64,000 bases of DNA from Lytechinus pictus (taxonomy: Eukaryota): assembly GCF_037042905.1 (NCBI RefSeq), contig NC_087249.1, positions 51,026,001 to 51,090,000 on the forward strand. The letters run 5' to 3'. The position numbers were made by a program, and so were the translations under genes. The notes beneath the pieces were generated by a model. The model was not told the origin of the DNA. It saw only the letters and a program-made list of their open reading frames with translations, and did not search any database. Below are positions 11,968 to 25,710 of the stretch, piece after piece. Within the stretch, counting starts at the first letter, position 1; each line of letters starts with the position of its first letter.

Positions 11968-12250
11968 ACGATTTAAAAAAACTGGCCAAATAACATAAAA
12001 TACGTACTTACTTCCAATTATCCTATCTGGCATTCTGTTGTTGAGTCCTTCATCTACTCATGCATTTAAAATGTTGTTTATTTGATATTTATCATTTATT
12101 TTTCTTTTATATTTTGATACTTTCTTTCAGTAGTTTTAATGATTTAAGAATCAGTCTTGGGGGTAGCGAAGAAAAATAACGTGTGGGGGTCCTATTTACA
12201 TTTTCCGCCTCTGAATTCGCGGTTTATCCACACCGTTGACATTTAGTAAA

Positions 12251-12265
12251 CAGCGCCATCTCGCG
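12251..12265 (-). promoter_or_regulatory. CTCF-like (or YY1-like) motif
   Basis: Reverse strand CGCGAGATGGCGCTG resembles the CTCF core AGRKGGCGC, in a small CpG-retaining patch. Confidence 0.35.
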
Positions 12266-12854
12266 TTCTAAGTCGACTTGGAGCTTCAGAATCTGCACAG
12301 AAAATGTATTTGTAGTGTTCTGCGTGGTTTGCTTCTTCAATTTTTTGATCGTCTTCGACTCACGCATATTTCACAATCCTGCATATTCGATACAAGAGCA
12401 TGTACTTTTTTTCAAATTTGTATCCCTGTTATGACGCTGGATATTTAATCAAATATATTTCATTCATCTTGCCCTCTGTATAATACTTGTTTTCCTCCTC
12501 ATCCATTGTTATCTCTCCCCCTTCTTTTCGTTCTATCTCTCTCTCTCTCTCTCTTTCTTTCTATCCTCTATCTCTATCATCTTTTTTTTAATTTTAACTT
12601 TCTCCCTCATCTCTTTGCATGTTTCTCTCTCACACATACACAAACATACCCTCACACTCTCAATTTCTTTCAAATATATACACCCCCCTAGAGCTCCCCC
12701 ATCATCCCCACTGTAACACAAAGCTTATTAATTTAGTAAAAATAAATTTCCATGGTTGATTGCATCAACCACCATGTACAACCGTGAAAACAATCAAATG
12801 TACGATCAAAATCAATCACATGATCAGTTGTTAATCTTTATGTAACAGGGTCAT

Positions 12855-12980
12855 GGGCCTTGTAACACAGAGCTTAGCGATTGGTCATGGAGACGTTTTC
12901 TACAATTGATTGTACATAATAGTTCATTCAATTGATCATAAATATCAGCCCAGCGATTAATGGATAAGCTTTGTTACGGA
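12855..12980. mobile_element. Short degenerate palindromic MITE
   Basis: tgtaacacagagcttagcgatt ... gattaatggataagctttgttacg imperfect inverted ends. Confidence 0.45.
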
Positions 12981-13008
12981 ACTCTGATCTGTAAAGCATA
13001 TTGATTGT

Positions 13009-13374
13009 GGAAGAGCCGTGGTGTAGTGGTTCTGACTCTCGCCTTGTAAACAGAGGCTCGTGTGTTCGAATCCCACCGCGGTCTAGCGTCCTTTGGCAAG
13101 GCGTTAATCCACACTTTGCCACTCACGACCCAGGTGCTAAATGGGTACCCGGTAGGATGCGAAAGATATTGTATGTTTGATTTTGCCAGCGCCATAATGA
13201 GGCTGCGATGAATGCAAGGAATGCTCCCCAGGGAATGGAAATTGTGCATTTTTCGTGCAGGATTGAAATGAACCCAATGACCGGGGTAATAATATGCTGT
13301 AACGCACTTTGAGCCATTCTGGGAAAAGCGCTTTATAAAAATTGGCTATTATTATTATTATTATTATTATTATT
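13009..13374 (+). mobile_element. tRNA-derived SINE (SINE2) with L2-like tail
   Basis: Pol III A box TGGTGTAGTGG and B box GTTCGAATCC; central block ccactcacgacccaggtgctaaatgggtacc; 3' gcgctttataaaa followed by (TAT)n; flanks attgattgt / attgatttgt resemble a TSD. Confidence 0.88.
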
Positions 13375-13649
13375 GATTTGTATTGATTTGTAACCAGCAA
13401 TCACCACACCAAACAATGACAAGAAAATATGCATAACAAGAGAATAAAGGTGCAAGCCTGACAACAATCATTTTTTACATTTTTGAAGATATATTTATCA
13501 CACATGACAAATAAATCATATAACAAATCAGCTCTCAATACTCTTGAGAAATTCTTAATTGACACATAACAAGAAAAGAATTTTGTACACAAGTGATTTG
13601 TAAATTTGTATAGATACAATAAAACTTTTTTTATCTTTATAACCTTATT

Positions 13650-16193
13650 ATACAATATCTATCCTCTTTTATTTGTTTAAGTACGCCATACTTTTGAAGT
13701 ATGTCACCAACATTTTTCCAAGTTTTCTAATTTCCATGTTTGTGTTAACACAATATATTCAACAAAATTGAGATTACACTATCATGATGTCACCATGGCA
13801 ACTTCTTAAATACGATTGTCATCTTTGTGATAAAAAGAAATACATTAATAGCATTACTGAAAATGTACCATGAAAATATTACCATTAGAGAAAATACAAT
13901 CCTAACTTTTGAATTAGCTTTTTGTTGGAAACAGCTTTAAGTTGGGACATAGTTAATCTTACATTATTTATATATGACAAACATAAAACAATGCTATGAA
14001 ATTTAAAAGTAAAGGTGTTAGAATAGGTAGAAATTTAGAAAAATGATACAAAAATTTTTTCAAAATGGTATCAAAATTATTCTTTCAAAATAAAAGCCAT
14101 TAGTTGGTTTCCTACCTCAAATCTAGCGATGATTAAAGAAACATTCATGATAAAATCCCAACCACAGGCATATTACCAATAATATACAAAAAAACATTGA
14201 TTGCAGAAGAGAGTGAGATCTGTACTTCAGACATTTACAATGAACATGGTGAATAAAAACAACATTCTTGTACAAATAAATACCTATACTCATTTTACAT
14301 CTGGCCAAGATAAGACAAACTTTCATTAAAGCGAATACACACTTGTCCTTAATGAAAGACTAATTGCACATAAGAAGGTTCCATTAACGATAAATGCATT
14401 ATAAGGGGCCAATATTTCAAATGGTTGAATAATCTGCAATTTGCAAAAATAAATAGTGCTTCAATGATGCCCTCTCTGGCTTGTTATGTCCATTTAAAGT
14501 GGTACTTCAAGGGTGTTGCAAGAAAATATTTGCAATCAATTGGAAAATTTGATTTAACATTTACAAGTGATGTGCCAATTACGACTACTAGTCAATGCAT
14601 TTGATTTATGCTTGTTGATGCAAGAATCATACCAGTAATCACTTGCAAATTTGCAATTAATTCCTAGACTTATGAACGATTTTTGGAAAGATAATTTACT
14701 TGCACTTGATTGCATGTTTCTTGCAACATCCTACTAATGATCAACTCAATGCAACTGTATCAACTGGGCATTCTTTCATGAAACTTTTATGGCTTGAAGT
14801 TCAACAACTTCTGCTAAAAAAAACATGTGTATTACTTAAGTCTTATAAAGCCAATATAAGGTTAATCAACCTACAAATATGGCTTCTTGAAAGATTGCCC
14901 ATAATCAAGCGCTTGCATTTTTTCATATTTTGGCATTAACATCACAAACTAATCTAGTACAGTAAATATGGGAAATATTGTCCAACCAAAATTGATGAAT
15001 ATCTCTTGCATGTAGCAGCTCAGAGAATACTTTTGCAGCAAAAAAAAATGAATGAATGAATGAATTAACTTCATAACTACTTTTCTGGCAACATTCAGTA
15101 CCTTGTCACATACAATACAGACAACACACACTAAACTTCACTGTAGCTATATGTATAGAAAATAGAAACACTTAATCAGCTCTGTTCTGATAATGCTTTG
15201 CATGAAAAATAATCAGTGCTATATTATGCCTAAACTTTATAATTTTATTTGCAAATATTTTAAGTGCTCTATGACAAAATGTATAGACATGTATATATTT
15301 GATAAATGACATATAAGTGTTATGTACACATGAAGCTGTTCAAAAGCCACTCGGCTTTCTATGCTAAGCAGGTCTTTTTTTATCAAAGCATTTGCTACAT
15401 TATGCCTCAGATCTGCAATACACGTACAGTATTCACCATCTGTTTTGATTTCATGGATGGATAGGGTGCTAAGCATGCAAGATCAACTTCAAGATTGCTC
15501 AATTTAAATTGGAAAGTTACACAATTATGGGGGAATAATCAGAAGGATAATGTTTTTTTCATATCCAAATATCCATCATGCAACAGCATTGTGTGAGATA
15601 TACTGACATATGATCTTCTGAGTAGACCACACATTGATCAATGAGGTAACACATGATTATTCAGTGATATTGAAAAATCCCTCAATGTAAGGCTACTCAA
15701 GGGTGCAGCTGTCAATACATATAATAGTGACATGACATAAAATTCAAATAGGCCTGGTTGAACAGTTCAGGAACCCTGTAAAAGCAGAGTAAAAAGCTCC
15801 CTGCATTGACCAGCATTTGTGTGCACCTCTAAAGAAAAAAATTATATTGAACAGACTCAACACAGTAAAAGCCTAATAAAAATGTGGTTACCTTATTTGA
15901 AAGATATGAGCTGGAGTATGCAATTCACTAATAAGCCTACATATCATTTTTTACCACAAGTTGATTTAGGTTTTTTAACGAACAAAATCATTTGCTATTC
16001 CACATGAAAGTCAAAGAACACAATTTTTTCTCTGTAAGTGGATAGAACAAATGCACAAATATATTGGCAGGCTTGCTTATGGCATTATGACATTCCATTT
16101 CAAACGGTAGATACTGTCATATTTGTTATCATTCCCATCTTGATCTTCCAGTTTTGACATTCACTCGTCTTACCATAATGTTCATTAAATAGC
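13650..16193 (-). other. Probable non-coding terminal (3'-UTR) exon of the ANKRD50 transcript (3' limit approximate)
   Basis: Strong acceptor (long CT tract ...tttcactccag|G at 16194). All three frames close within ~100 nt. U-rich minus strand; AATAAA at 13673-13668. Confidence 0.5.
14511..14731. mobile_element. MITE
   Basis: TIR gggtgttgcaagaaa / tttcttgcaacatcc (14 of 15 match). Confidence 0.65.
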
Positions 16194-16324
16194 CTGGAGT
16201 GAAATGGAACGAGAGGCAGAAAGAGAAAGAGAGAGGGAGGGAGGGAGAGACAACCTATTAAAAATTTGGAGACAGAAGATGTGATGTTCTCAAAGCCTAA
16301 TAGCTAGTGACATATATCCTGTTA

Positions 16325-16846
16325 TACCCTTTTTACACAGGATTTTCTTAACCCCGGACTATCGCTAACCCCGTACTATCCTTAACCCCGTACTATGTTT
16401 TTTTCCTTTTCACACATGCCAAATTGTTATCGCTAACCCCGGATAAGGAATGCTTGCTTTTCACACACGAAACTCGCTAACCCCGGACTAGTGGTTTTTG
16501 TCGATCATTCGTAGTACAAGTACTTCACTCGTACCTTTTTACACACGCTAAAATTTCCTTAACCCCGTACTATATAGTACGGGGTTAAGCTTAGCCCACT
16601 TTCGTTTTACACTAGCGATCTTAACCCCGTACTATCGCTCTTAGCACCGCAATTGCTGGGATAACCCTGCTTTTTTGCAGGGCCAAATAATCCCGTACTA
16701 AAGGTGGGGTTAGCCCACTTTGCAAAAATGCTGTGTAAAAAGAAAGTGGGCTAAGCTTAACCCCGTACTATAGGTGGGGCTAAATTGCCATTTAGCCCCA
16801 CCTATAGTACGGGGTTAAGGAAATTTTAGCGTGTGTAAAAAGGGTA
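16325..16846. mobile_element. PIF/Harbinger-like non-autonomous element with nested palindromes
   Basis: TIR taccctttttacac / gtgtaaaaagggta, TTA on both sides, many copies of taaccccg(t/g)acta in both orientations. Confidence 0.85.
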
Positions 16847-19209
16847 TTAGTCATGTGAGGGATAGGGCGCTACTTAAGACAGACGCGAGTCCTTGAGATC
16901 GTTACCTCGCTTCATCTGCTCATTAAAGGTGGGTGTCAACATTTCAACAGCAAAGCGGTGATGATGGCTATATTGTTTTGTGATTAAGGAATCCCAGGAT
17001 TTTTGCAGTAATGATGATGGTTATATTCTTTTTTGTTTTAAGAGCCCTTGTGCCAATTACACTCATAGCGCGTGTTTCTTTGTCATTTTTCGGTCTTCTA
17101 ATCAATGTTTCAAGATGCCACGTATCCTACTAGTCGCTGTCGACCTGGATACCCAATTAGTCTACATGATTTGATTCTCCAAATTTGATTCACATAACCT
17201 GGGTAGGTCTATATTTTGAGTTTTTGGATCACCCTGTAGTCGAGTAATCTACCAATGGTATACAGCTAAATTCCATTTACCATATCATGGTGAAATATAA
17301 ATGCATGAAGAAATTATACAAGTCACTCCCAAATGGAGAAATACATGTACATAAATCGTTAATAAAACGCAGGCAAAATGGAATCCTAGCGGCAGTAAAA
17401 ACAAAATGCAGCAATTGGGGCAAAATTACAAACATTCCAGACATTATAGGACTATCAATCATCCAGAATGAGAAATTAATAAATAAATGGCCTACTGTCT
17501 TCTTGCTGAGGGGTGTCTGCATTAGAACTGGACAAGTTACCAATATGCTTCCATCACCACACTTTTCTTATGATGAATCTTTTTGAAATGGGCAGGAATT
17601 TTGTTTTGACACACCCTATACAATATAAAAGAGATACATTACATCTTGAAGATGACCTCTTTTATTTAAAAAAGGCTATAGATCAAAGACCACTTTAATT
17701 AGAAGACAAAACAGATTTCACTTCATACACTGCACTGTGCAATTCAAAACTGATATTTCACTTGTTGCACTGTTCTTACGACCCACAAAAGTCATAAGTA
17801 TAGAATCGTAAACCCATTCATGGGAGTAGATTCATCACGTTTCTCCCCCCTTCCAAAATACCACCTGTTTTGCTTTATCATAAAGACAAACACTTGCACA
17901 GACAGTAAAAGGAGATGATTGAAAAGTCATATTCGAGACACTTGTCATAACAGAGATACCATACCCCACTAAAAGAACTGACCCGCTTCCCCCCTCTAGC
18001 CTAGGTGACTGCTTTCACACGTTCCACTGACAGAGAAAAAAAATCACATCCTTTGTGCTTACACAGGAAGGATGGTAGACTATTCTTTCAATTTCATTCA
18101 ATAATTTTTCGCAAAGGGGCTAATTTGGGTGTTCTACTTCCAGTTGTGTTCTTCTCTATTTCTCCCAATATTATCACTGCACTATTTTAGTGATTTATAG
18201 TTGGACCATGCCCCGGTATCAGATCATGTTTTTATCTGGTTTTACTTCTTATTATTGCCTGTTTGGAGATGTTCATGTATATAAGCTCATACACTTTAAT
18301 AACATTGTAATGAAAGAATAAATTTCTAGATTGTATTATATATGGAGAACAACACATGAAATAAGACATATTTCATTCTAGACCAAAATACCATGTGAAG
18401 GTTTTAATAACACAGTAAATTCATATTGATGTGTAGGCCTGTATATTCAAACGCTGGATGTATGCATGTAAAACCAGGAGATAGTATTGATGTTGTTTGT
18501 CATACTTAGCCAGTCAAATGGAACGACTGATAACAAAAATAACTCAATACCACAATTTTAGGGAAAGATATATCCCTACTCCCCACCCCCCCCCCCCCCC
18601 ATATAGAGATTTGCATCTACACTGCATCATTAATTCTGATACAGACATAGGTCTAAACCTCTACTTTAGGGTAGGAAATAATGTTTATTTCAGGGGCATT
18701 TGTTCTTCTTCATTTGGGGGCAGTTCTTGAATTTTGGTTGCTACGTCTGTCATTTCAAGGGCTATGTTTTTGTGCAACAAGCAAATATGCAGTACAGGCA
18801 AATATCATTATTCTGCCAAGTAAATAGGATATTGATTTTTATATTATTCATGACTGTTATTTGTGGCAGATAACTCAAAAAAGCTAGTACCCCCGAAGCA
18901 CTCCATTGGAGAATCTTAGAGGCAATTTGAGCTTTGATGAGGGTGAAATCGCCATTTGGGCCATTTTCCTATGTTGCTACATTTAGGCCTACCAACTGAT
19001 TTCAAAGTTAGAATGCTTTCATTTCATGAACTCATGGAATTTGTTAGAAAACCACATTTATATATTTCTACCCAGTGGTTGACCTTTGCGAATGGTCAAC
19101 ACTGCCAGGTCAGGGTGGAACACCATTTTCATTTGATTGAATTTATTGGTCAGATCTATTGTCTGAGAGTTCTGACCACAACACAGCTTGGGGCAGGTCT
19201 GGCAAGTTA

Positions 19210-19359
19210 TACCTCAGTCACATTTGCTCTACGCTGGCCGTACAGTGAGTAAAAAACAGCCGTTTTATTCATTTTGATATATGTAGCTATGACAAAAAAT
19301 GTTAAAATTACTGTTTCGACTTGCCGTACGGCCGCCGTAGAGCAAATGTGACTGAGGTA
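19210..19359. mobile_element. PIF/Harbinger-like MITE
   Basis: Perfect TIR tacctcagtcacatttgctctacg and TTA TSD; second copy at 33415-33568. Confidence 0.88.
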
Positions 19360-22300
19360 TTAGGAATATGAACTGAAACCATTGTTCCTTTACACATACT
19401 TAGCAACTGATAATATGATTCTTACACCCGATTATAATGTGGTTAATGCAATATCACAACAACTTGTTCTACGATCTATTGCTTAGCTTTGTGTAATGAG
19501 GACTGGGATGTGACTTGAGTTGGTTAGGGACATCTTTTTTTCTTTTCAGTTTTCAGCCTGAAACTAGTATGAAACCTGGATGTTTCATAGACATGTTTTT
19601 CAGAGTGATATCAAATGGCATGGACAGGAATCAGGGATATCTACATGATAGTAGAAAAATGAAGTTGATATTTGAATTCCTAACAAAATGAGTCAAGACA
19701 TCTTGTAATGAACCCAATATGGAATCGGTGTATATTACCATATATGAAAAATAAGCAGCATATATCTTTGTCACATTGCTTCAGCACGACAAGCATTAGC
19801 TGCATAATAAGCTGGGTTATCCACCTAATTACTTGATCGTAATTGTTCAGAATAAATAATTTGCTTTGAGCGTATTTTCACTATTTATTCCAAAGTGCAA
19901 AATAGCATCATGGGATTGTATATTGCAGCAAAATGTTATACTAAAGATAAACAACTTATCTCATAGGTTTAATTAATTTTCAACAATCACATTTACTGTC
20001 TCAGAAAGGTGTCTGAAAACATCTTTCGAATGAGGCGATACATAGTTCATTTCATGTCAACCAAAGTTTAAATGCTGGGCGTTTGTGAATTACTGGTGAA
20101 ACAATTTCCGGGCCCTGTTTTGATCAGAACAAGAGGGATACTGGATTAAGAACCACCACTTATAAAGCTGATTCTCTTTACAGACACGATTGGATGCTTT
20201 GAATAGCACTATGGAGGTTGAGCCACTTATAGCTGCTGACATCTGTCTACTGGCATGCAGGCACCTGCCATAGCCCCACCCTGGTGTACCACTCCCACTT
20301 CCAAGAAAGTGGGCATGGCTTATTAACTCCATGTGGTGCACAGCCCCTTTGTGTAATGTCCCTAGCAAGGAGTGCACTTAAAAGCATGTGCGATGAGGGC
20401 AAGCAAGGAGCAGTGCGGACGAACGGCTCTGATGGGAAACCTGATGCGGGTAATTTGACAGGTTGTGTGTTAAACTCATCATCATCATCATCATCATAGT
20501 AGTCCTCACCAGGCCTCACTATCTGTACCACAGCATAGACAGCCATCTCGAGTGCGATATGCCTACGTCATTCAGAGTATCAGGGACCAAGGGTGCTGGT
20601 TGGGTTGGAATGATGACACTCTGGTCGAGCAATGCAGACAGTCTCCCTGTAGTGCAAAGAGATGGCGAAAGGAAAAACGGTAGAATATTTAATAAGACTA
20701 TCGATGTACTACAAAAAAAGAATATGCTTCCTGTATTATTATATTAACATTATAACATTATTACTACAGTTACAGTCTCATACAATCATATTAGGCCCCT
20801 ATTCAGAAACTTGCAAAGGTTCACTAGAAAATGAGGACACGGGGATACTCAACTTTCAGAGATGAGAATTGCATAACACTATAGGCCTTCAGAGACGCTA
20901 ATAAAAGATCATGAGCAATCCAACATGACCATTAATAAATAAACAAAAAGTTTGACCAAGGTGAACTAATTAGAGCATGGATCAGAGCAAATCTCTATCA
21001 TATCTTGTTGGAAATTTGGAGGACACCTTACTGCACATGTGGCCCCATGGTAAGAGGTCACAGTTCAGCAAGGTTCGTTCCCCTCATAATAAAGGGGCAG
21101 GAGAGTTCACCCATAAAACAGGAACCCACCAACCCTGGTCCACTTCACCCAGACAGATCCTGTAGAGAAGGAATGCTGATCATGGTGAAGAGTTATTATT
21201 GCTTGCCTTTCATCGAGGAAGCATATGGTTTCACTGGAATGATATCCAAGGGAATGATGCATGCTAGAGAATATCATATTCAGCAAGACAGCAAAAAATA
21301 AAGTATGTTTAGTTCAGGCCTGTGTTTAATCACATCATGATTACACTTGTCTGGATTATTTACAATATTTGCACAATAGTACCTCTGCTTCAGAAGTATA
21401 TTGCGCAAATGAATAGGCCATAAATACAAAGATGATTTTATATTCAAATTTTATTTTCTAACAGGTGTAAAGTCCCTACTAGTATAGTAATCAAGTCATT
21501 CCTTGCAGAGAGGGCAAAACAGAGTCACAACTGACGAAAAGCCAATTGCATCGTACAGTTCACAAACAACTAACCCGAGTCTTCAGCCCCCAATTCTGTA
21601 AACCATATATACAAAAATGTGATTTTACACATGTCTAGCATCCCTCCCCCCTCCCATACAAAATCTTTCTGTAGCTCCTGAAGTTGATGTTTCATTAGTA
21701 AAAGGTCATGTACTGGACTCCAAATAAAAATATATACTCTGAAAGACAGAAAGAGGTATTCAGGCAAGATGAATATAATTGATTGATTGCTTTGCAATTA
21801 AAGTCTCTCAATATGAGCATGTCAGTGTTGATTGAAGCCATACAATAATGAAAATCATTTTCATCTTGATACCACTAGTCACTACACCTCTTTGGTGAGA
21901 CTTCCTACCAATATTTCTTTCATCGTGTCATGTATCCTTAACCCCACTGAGGCCTTCATATTCAGATTTGAGGTTCCACTGGCCATGGGAGGGTTAAAAT
22001 ATGAACAATGGAAGGAGGTCAAACCGCAAGATCAATTAACCCTAGAGGGCAATGGAGGGGTACAAAAGAACCCCCATAATAGGAATATTAGCCCCAAATA
22101 ATAGCTATTAAGTGCCTACAGCAATTAATATTAGACCCAAGTGTATTTTCCCCTCTGTATGGCTCTACATAAACAAATATGATAGCCTTCCAAGACATGC
22201 AAAAGATTATTTTCATAAAGTGCAACAAAGAGATTTTCATTTTTATTTGATCCACAAATTTTAGCTTTGGGCAATCGTGTATGAGTGAGGCTTGAAAAGT

Positions 22301-24989
22301 TTAAGTGGGTATCTACTTTGATTCATATTCTTTACATTTCGGGGATGACAAAAAAATTAGTCTGGAATCTTTGTGCTTTTGTCGGTGAGAGAAACACCTT
22401 CCGGCACGATCGAAACTTGAATAAATAGAAGACACTTCATAGTTCTGCTGATGGACTGAGATCAGGAAATAAAATCATTTTGAGGGAATTTTGAACTACT
22501 TGTGGTTTTCCATTTGTTGATTCCTGGAGAATTATCGTTCACAAATGAGAAAACAATTTTGTGCATACATGCTCACTATAATGATATTATAATGAGCAAA
22601 GTAATCTAGAATGGCTCATTTAGTATCACTCACAATATCGAAACAGAACATCCATCGAATCAATTCACCACATCTGAATGTGAATTTAATTTCAAAAGAC
22701 AGATACACTGATGTTATTTCATTTCTTGTGATAACAGGATGATATTATTGCGGTTTGGCATGTGTACGTCACAGGGTCGTCTCTCATTTTATTGGGGTTG
22801 TCATTTAGCTCATTATCATACCCAGCATGATAAATACAGGGACCTGTGATAGTCACAGGGAAAGCCGTGGCTGCACCAGAGGTAGTGGTAAGGGTGGGGC
22901 ATCGCTTGAAGTTGAACCGAGCAGGGCTGACATATGCAAACATCATCACTGCCTTTCACCGGTTTTCCAAATATACACATACACACAGACAGTCCTCGGT
23001 AATGAGCACCCTTCATGTGTGAGCGTGTGGGTTCCAGACATAGCTATCTATTTCTATCCGTTCTATCCGAATCTTATTTTCAAAAGTTTTTGTTTCTTTA
23101 TTTTATATCCAGATTTCAAGCCATGACAACACACTGAGAATTCTGTCCTTTCCCTTATTGTTCCCATGGCGACAGGTGTGGCAAATGAAAACAAACATGA
23201 GATATGATCATTTCAATTTCACATGACAATGCCAAAGGTATTCCCTTTAGGATTGACATGAGACTTAAGACAGGAATCAAAGGTCATTTTCTTGATACTC
23301 TTTCATTCCCGTTTTCTTTTGACACATTTCTCATCATTAACCAAATAAATATAATTTTTTCTTATTCTTTGTAATAAATACATAGGCTAATTATGATGAA
23401 GCTTTACAAAATTAAATAATTTATCAGAGAAATCGGAACTAAAGACATTTGTTGTCCAAAAATCTACATAGAATAGGCCTAGATGGTGTGTATGAAAATA
23501 GGCATGATTTTTTTTATACAGTATATGAAGATAGATTTCCTAAAATGAAATGAGGAAAGGTGTTTTTTATCAATCTTGGCGATAGCATATACAGGCCTAA
23601 ATTATTCATTCTCAAAAATGTGATGAATATAATTACTAACATAAACAGGGCATAAAATGGAAATTTCACAATGATCTGCATTATTGACAAGATTGGCGAG
23701 TATTGATAATTGTAGTTTTATCAATCTCAGGAACTGCAGCTGCCAAATGATGTTCACAAGGCAAGAAAGCATATTGGTGTCCACAATCCCTTTATTAGCA
23801 ACAGGATGACATTGCCGCATTTTGCTCTGAAAACAAATACACAGCCGAGTATGAATGTATGCATCATATGCCGATAAATGGGGCATCTCAATCCAATATA
23901 GAGATGCGCCAAACTGCCCCAATATCATCCCCATCTTCATAAAACACCAATCAATTCTCTGAGTCAGTCAGTCTCAGGCTCTTCCATCATATATTCCTCC
24001 AACTTGACTATGACGGGTCTCACTAGACACTATTCTTGCCGAAATCTAGGTCCACGGCCTTCGCATGTTTATGTTTATCTCCTCCCTAGTATCAGCGTAC
24101 CACTCGGAAGATACAGTGCACCCCCCCCCCCCCAACATCCCCATCACATCTCATATTGGAATTCCAAACGCACGAGCCCCGATTTTTAATTGCTCACCGC
24201 CTCGAGATGGTGAGGGCCTTGAAAGGTTCGGTTATTTTTACTCTCGAGTGATGTCCTTTCATATTCTCTTTCTCGGCTAGCTGGTTTTGAACTGCTTACA
24301 GTGGGTGTAGGTTTGCACAGGAAGTGTATAGACTATAATCGAAATGAGGATGTAAGGGCATGTTGGGCGGAAAGAGTGCAATTTTTATCAAGCATCTGTG
24401 CTTCATTCGAGAATCTCCAATTCGTTGCATCGTCCGTCAACGATAAGATTCATGAATATTATGGATGTATAGGTGGAAAAATAATCTGACAGCTTAGAAC
24501 AGTAAGTATTCAGTATCAACTCTAACTCAATATTTCTGTTTTAAGTTTATACATAACCTTAACACAGCCACAGGGCTTTTCAGTTTTGATATCAATATTT
24601 TTTTAGATGACTACATGTTCATCTACATGTCTAATACCAATAATAGATGTAACTTCCATTCGTCACACTCATTAGTTTGTGTGTGTGCATTCATCTCTTC
24701 TTTTTTAATTCCAATTTGACTATCAATAAAATCTTTCTCCCTCATCTTCAGTCTTCACCAGAAATCTCTTTCAAGTCTGGAGCTTTTCCCCTTACAGCCT
24801 ACGTCCTTTTAAAAAAATCAAGTGAAGTAAGTACAATCTCAATCTCCATCAAGTTCCTTTTTTACAACAACTACAGTGTCATCAATACTTTATTCTTCAA
24901 TTCTTTATGCAAGTAATAATTCTTCTTTTACATCCCATCCTTACCTTCTTTTACCTTTCCTTCTCGAAATACTATCAGCCAACAACTTC

Positions 24990-25710
24990 ATCTTTTTTCA
25001 GTCATTTCTCCCACCGTCTCCCATGAACACCGTCTCCCACTTTTCTTTCTTTTCCCTTCCACTATCATCCAACTTCTCTTTCTTTTTCTCTGAATCACCA
25101 TCACCGCAACCTCTATCTCCTTGGGTGGAAACTTCTTTTTGTCCACTCATTCCAACACCTCTCTTGTACATCCCATCTCAAGCTGTTCTTCTCCCTACCA
25201 CTACCATCCAACCTCTCTTTCATTTTCTCCTCATCACCACCACCATCCTTCTCACTGGGAGGAACATCATCTATTCTGTCTACTCATTCCACCACCCACA
25301 CCCATCTTGTACACCCCATTTCTAGCTGTACTTCTCTACCCCTATCATACATCCACTCTTCCTTTTTTCTCCTCCTCCTCACCACCATCCGTCTCCATCT
25401 CATTGGGACGATAGAAATATCACTTTTTTGGTTCACTCAGTCCATCACCAATATCTCTTTTATATACCCCATCTCGAAGTATTCTTCCCTACCACTATCA
25501 TCCAACATCTCTTCCTTTTTTCTCCTCATCACCATCATCTTCCTTCATCTCATCGAGAGAAAACATCATTGTGTCTACTCATTCCTCCGCCAACATCTCT
25601 TTCACATCTGCCTTGGGTCAAGCTGTTCTTCCTTTTCCCTACCATTATAATCCAACCTCTCTTCCTTTTTCCTCATCATCCCGACCACCACCATCATCTT
25701 CCATCTCATC
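24990..25710. repeat. Pyrimidine-rich degenerate tandem repeat (~130-bp unit)
   Basis: Recurrent ctgttcttc..ccctacca(c/t)ta..atccaacctctctt...catcaccacc; source of several spurious His/Pro-rich ORFs. Confidence 0.7.

Noticed and set aside
13013-13085. tRNA-like sequence
   Set aside because: It continues into a SINE body and (TAT)n tail with no Pol III terminator; it is a SINE head, not a tRNA gene.
20247-20546. 99-aa ORF with a poly-Asp run
   Set aside because: The Asp run is a (GAT)n microsatellite, there is no recognisable domain, and a stop separates it from the upstream acceptor in that frame.
22719-23126. Overlapping 66-99-aa ORFs on both strands
   Set aside because: No domain similarity and no consistent splice chain; treated as candidate non-coding element only.
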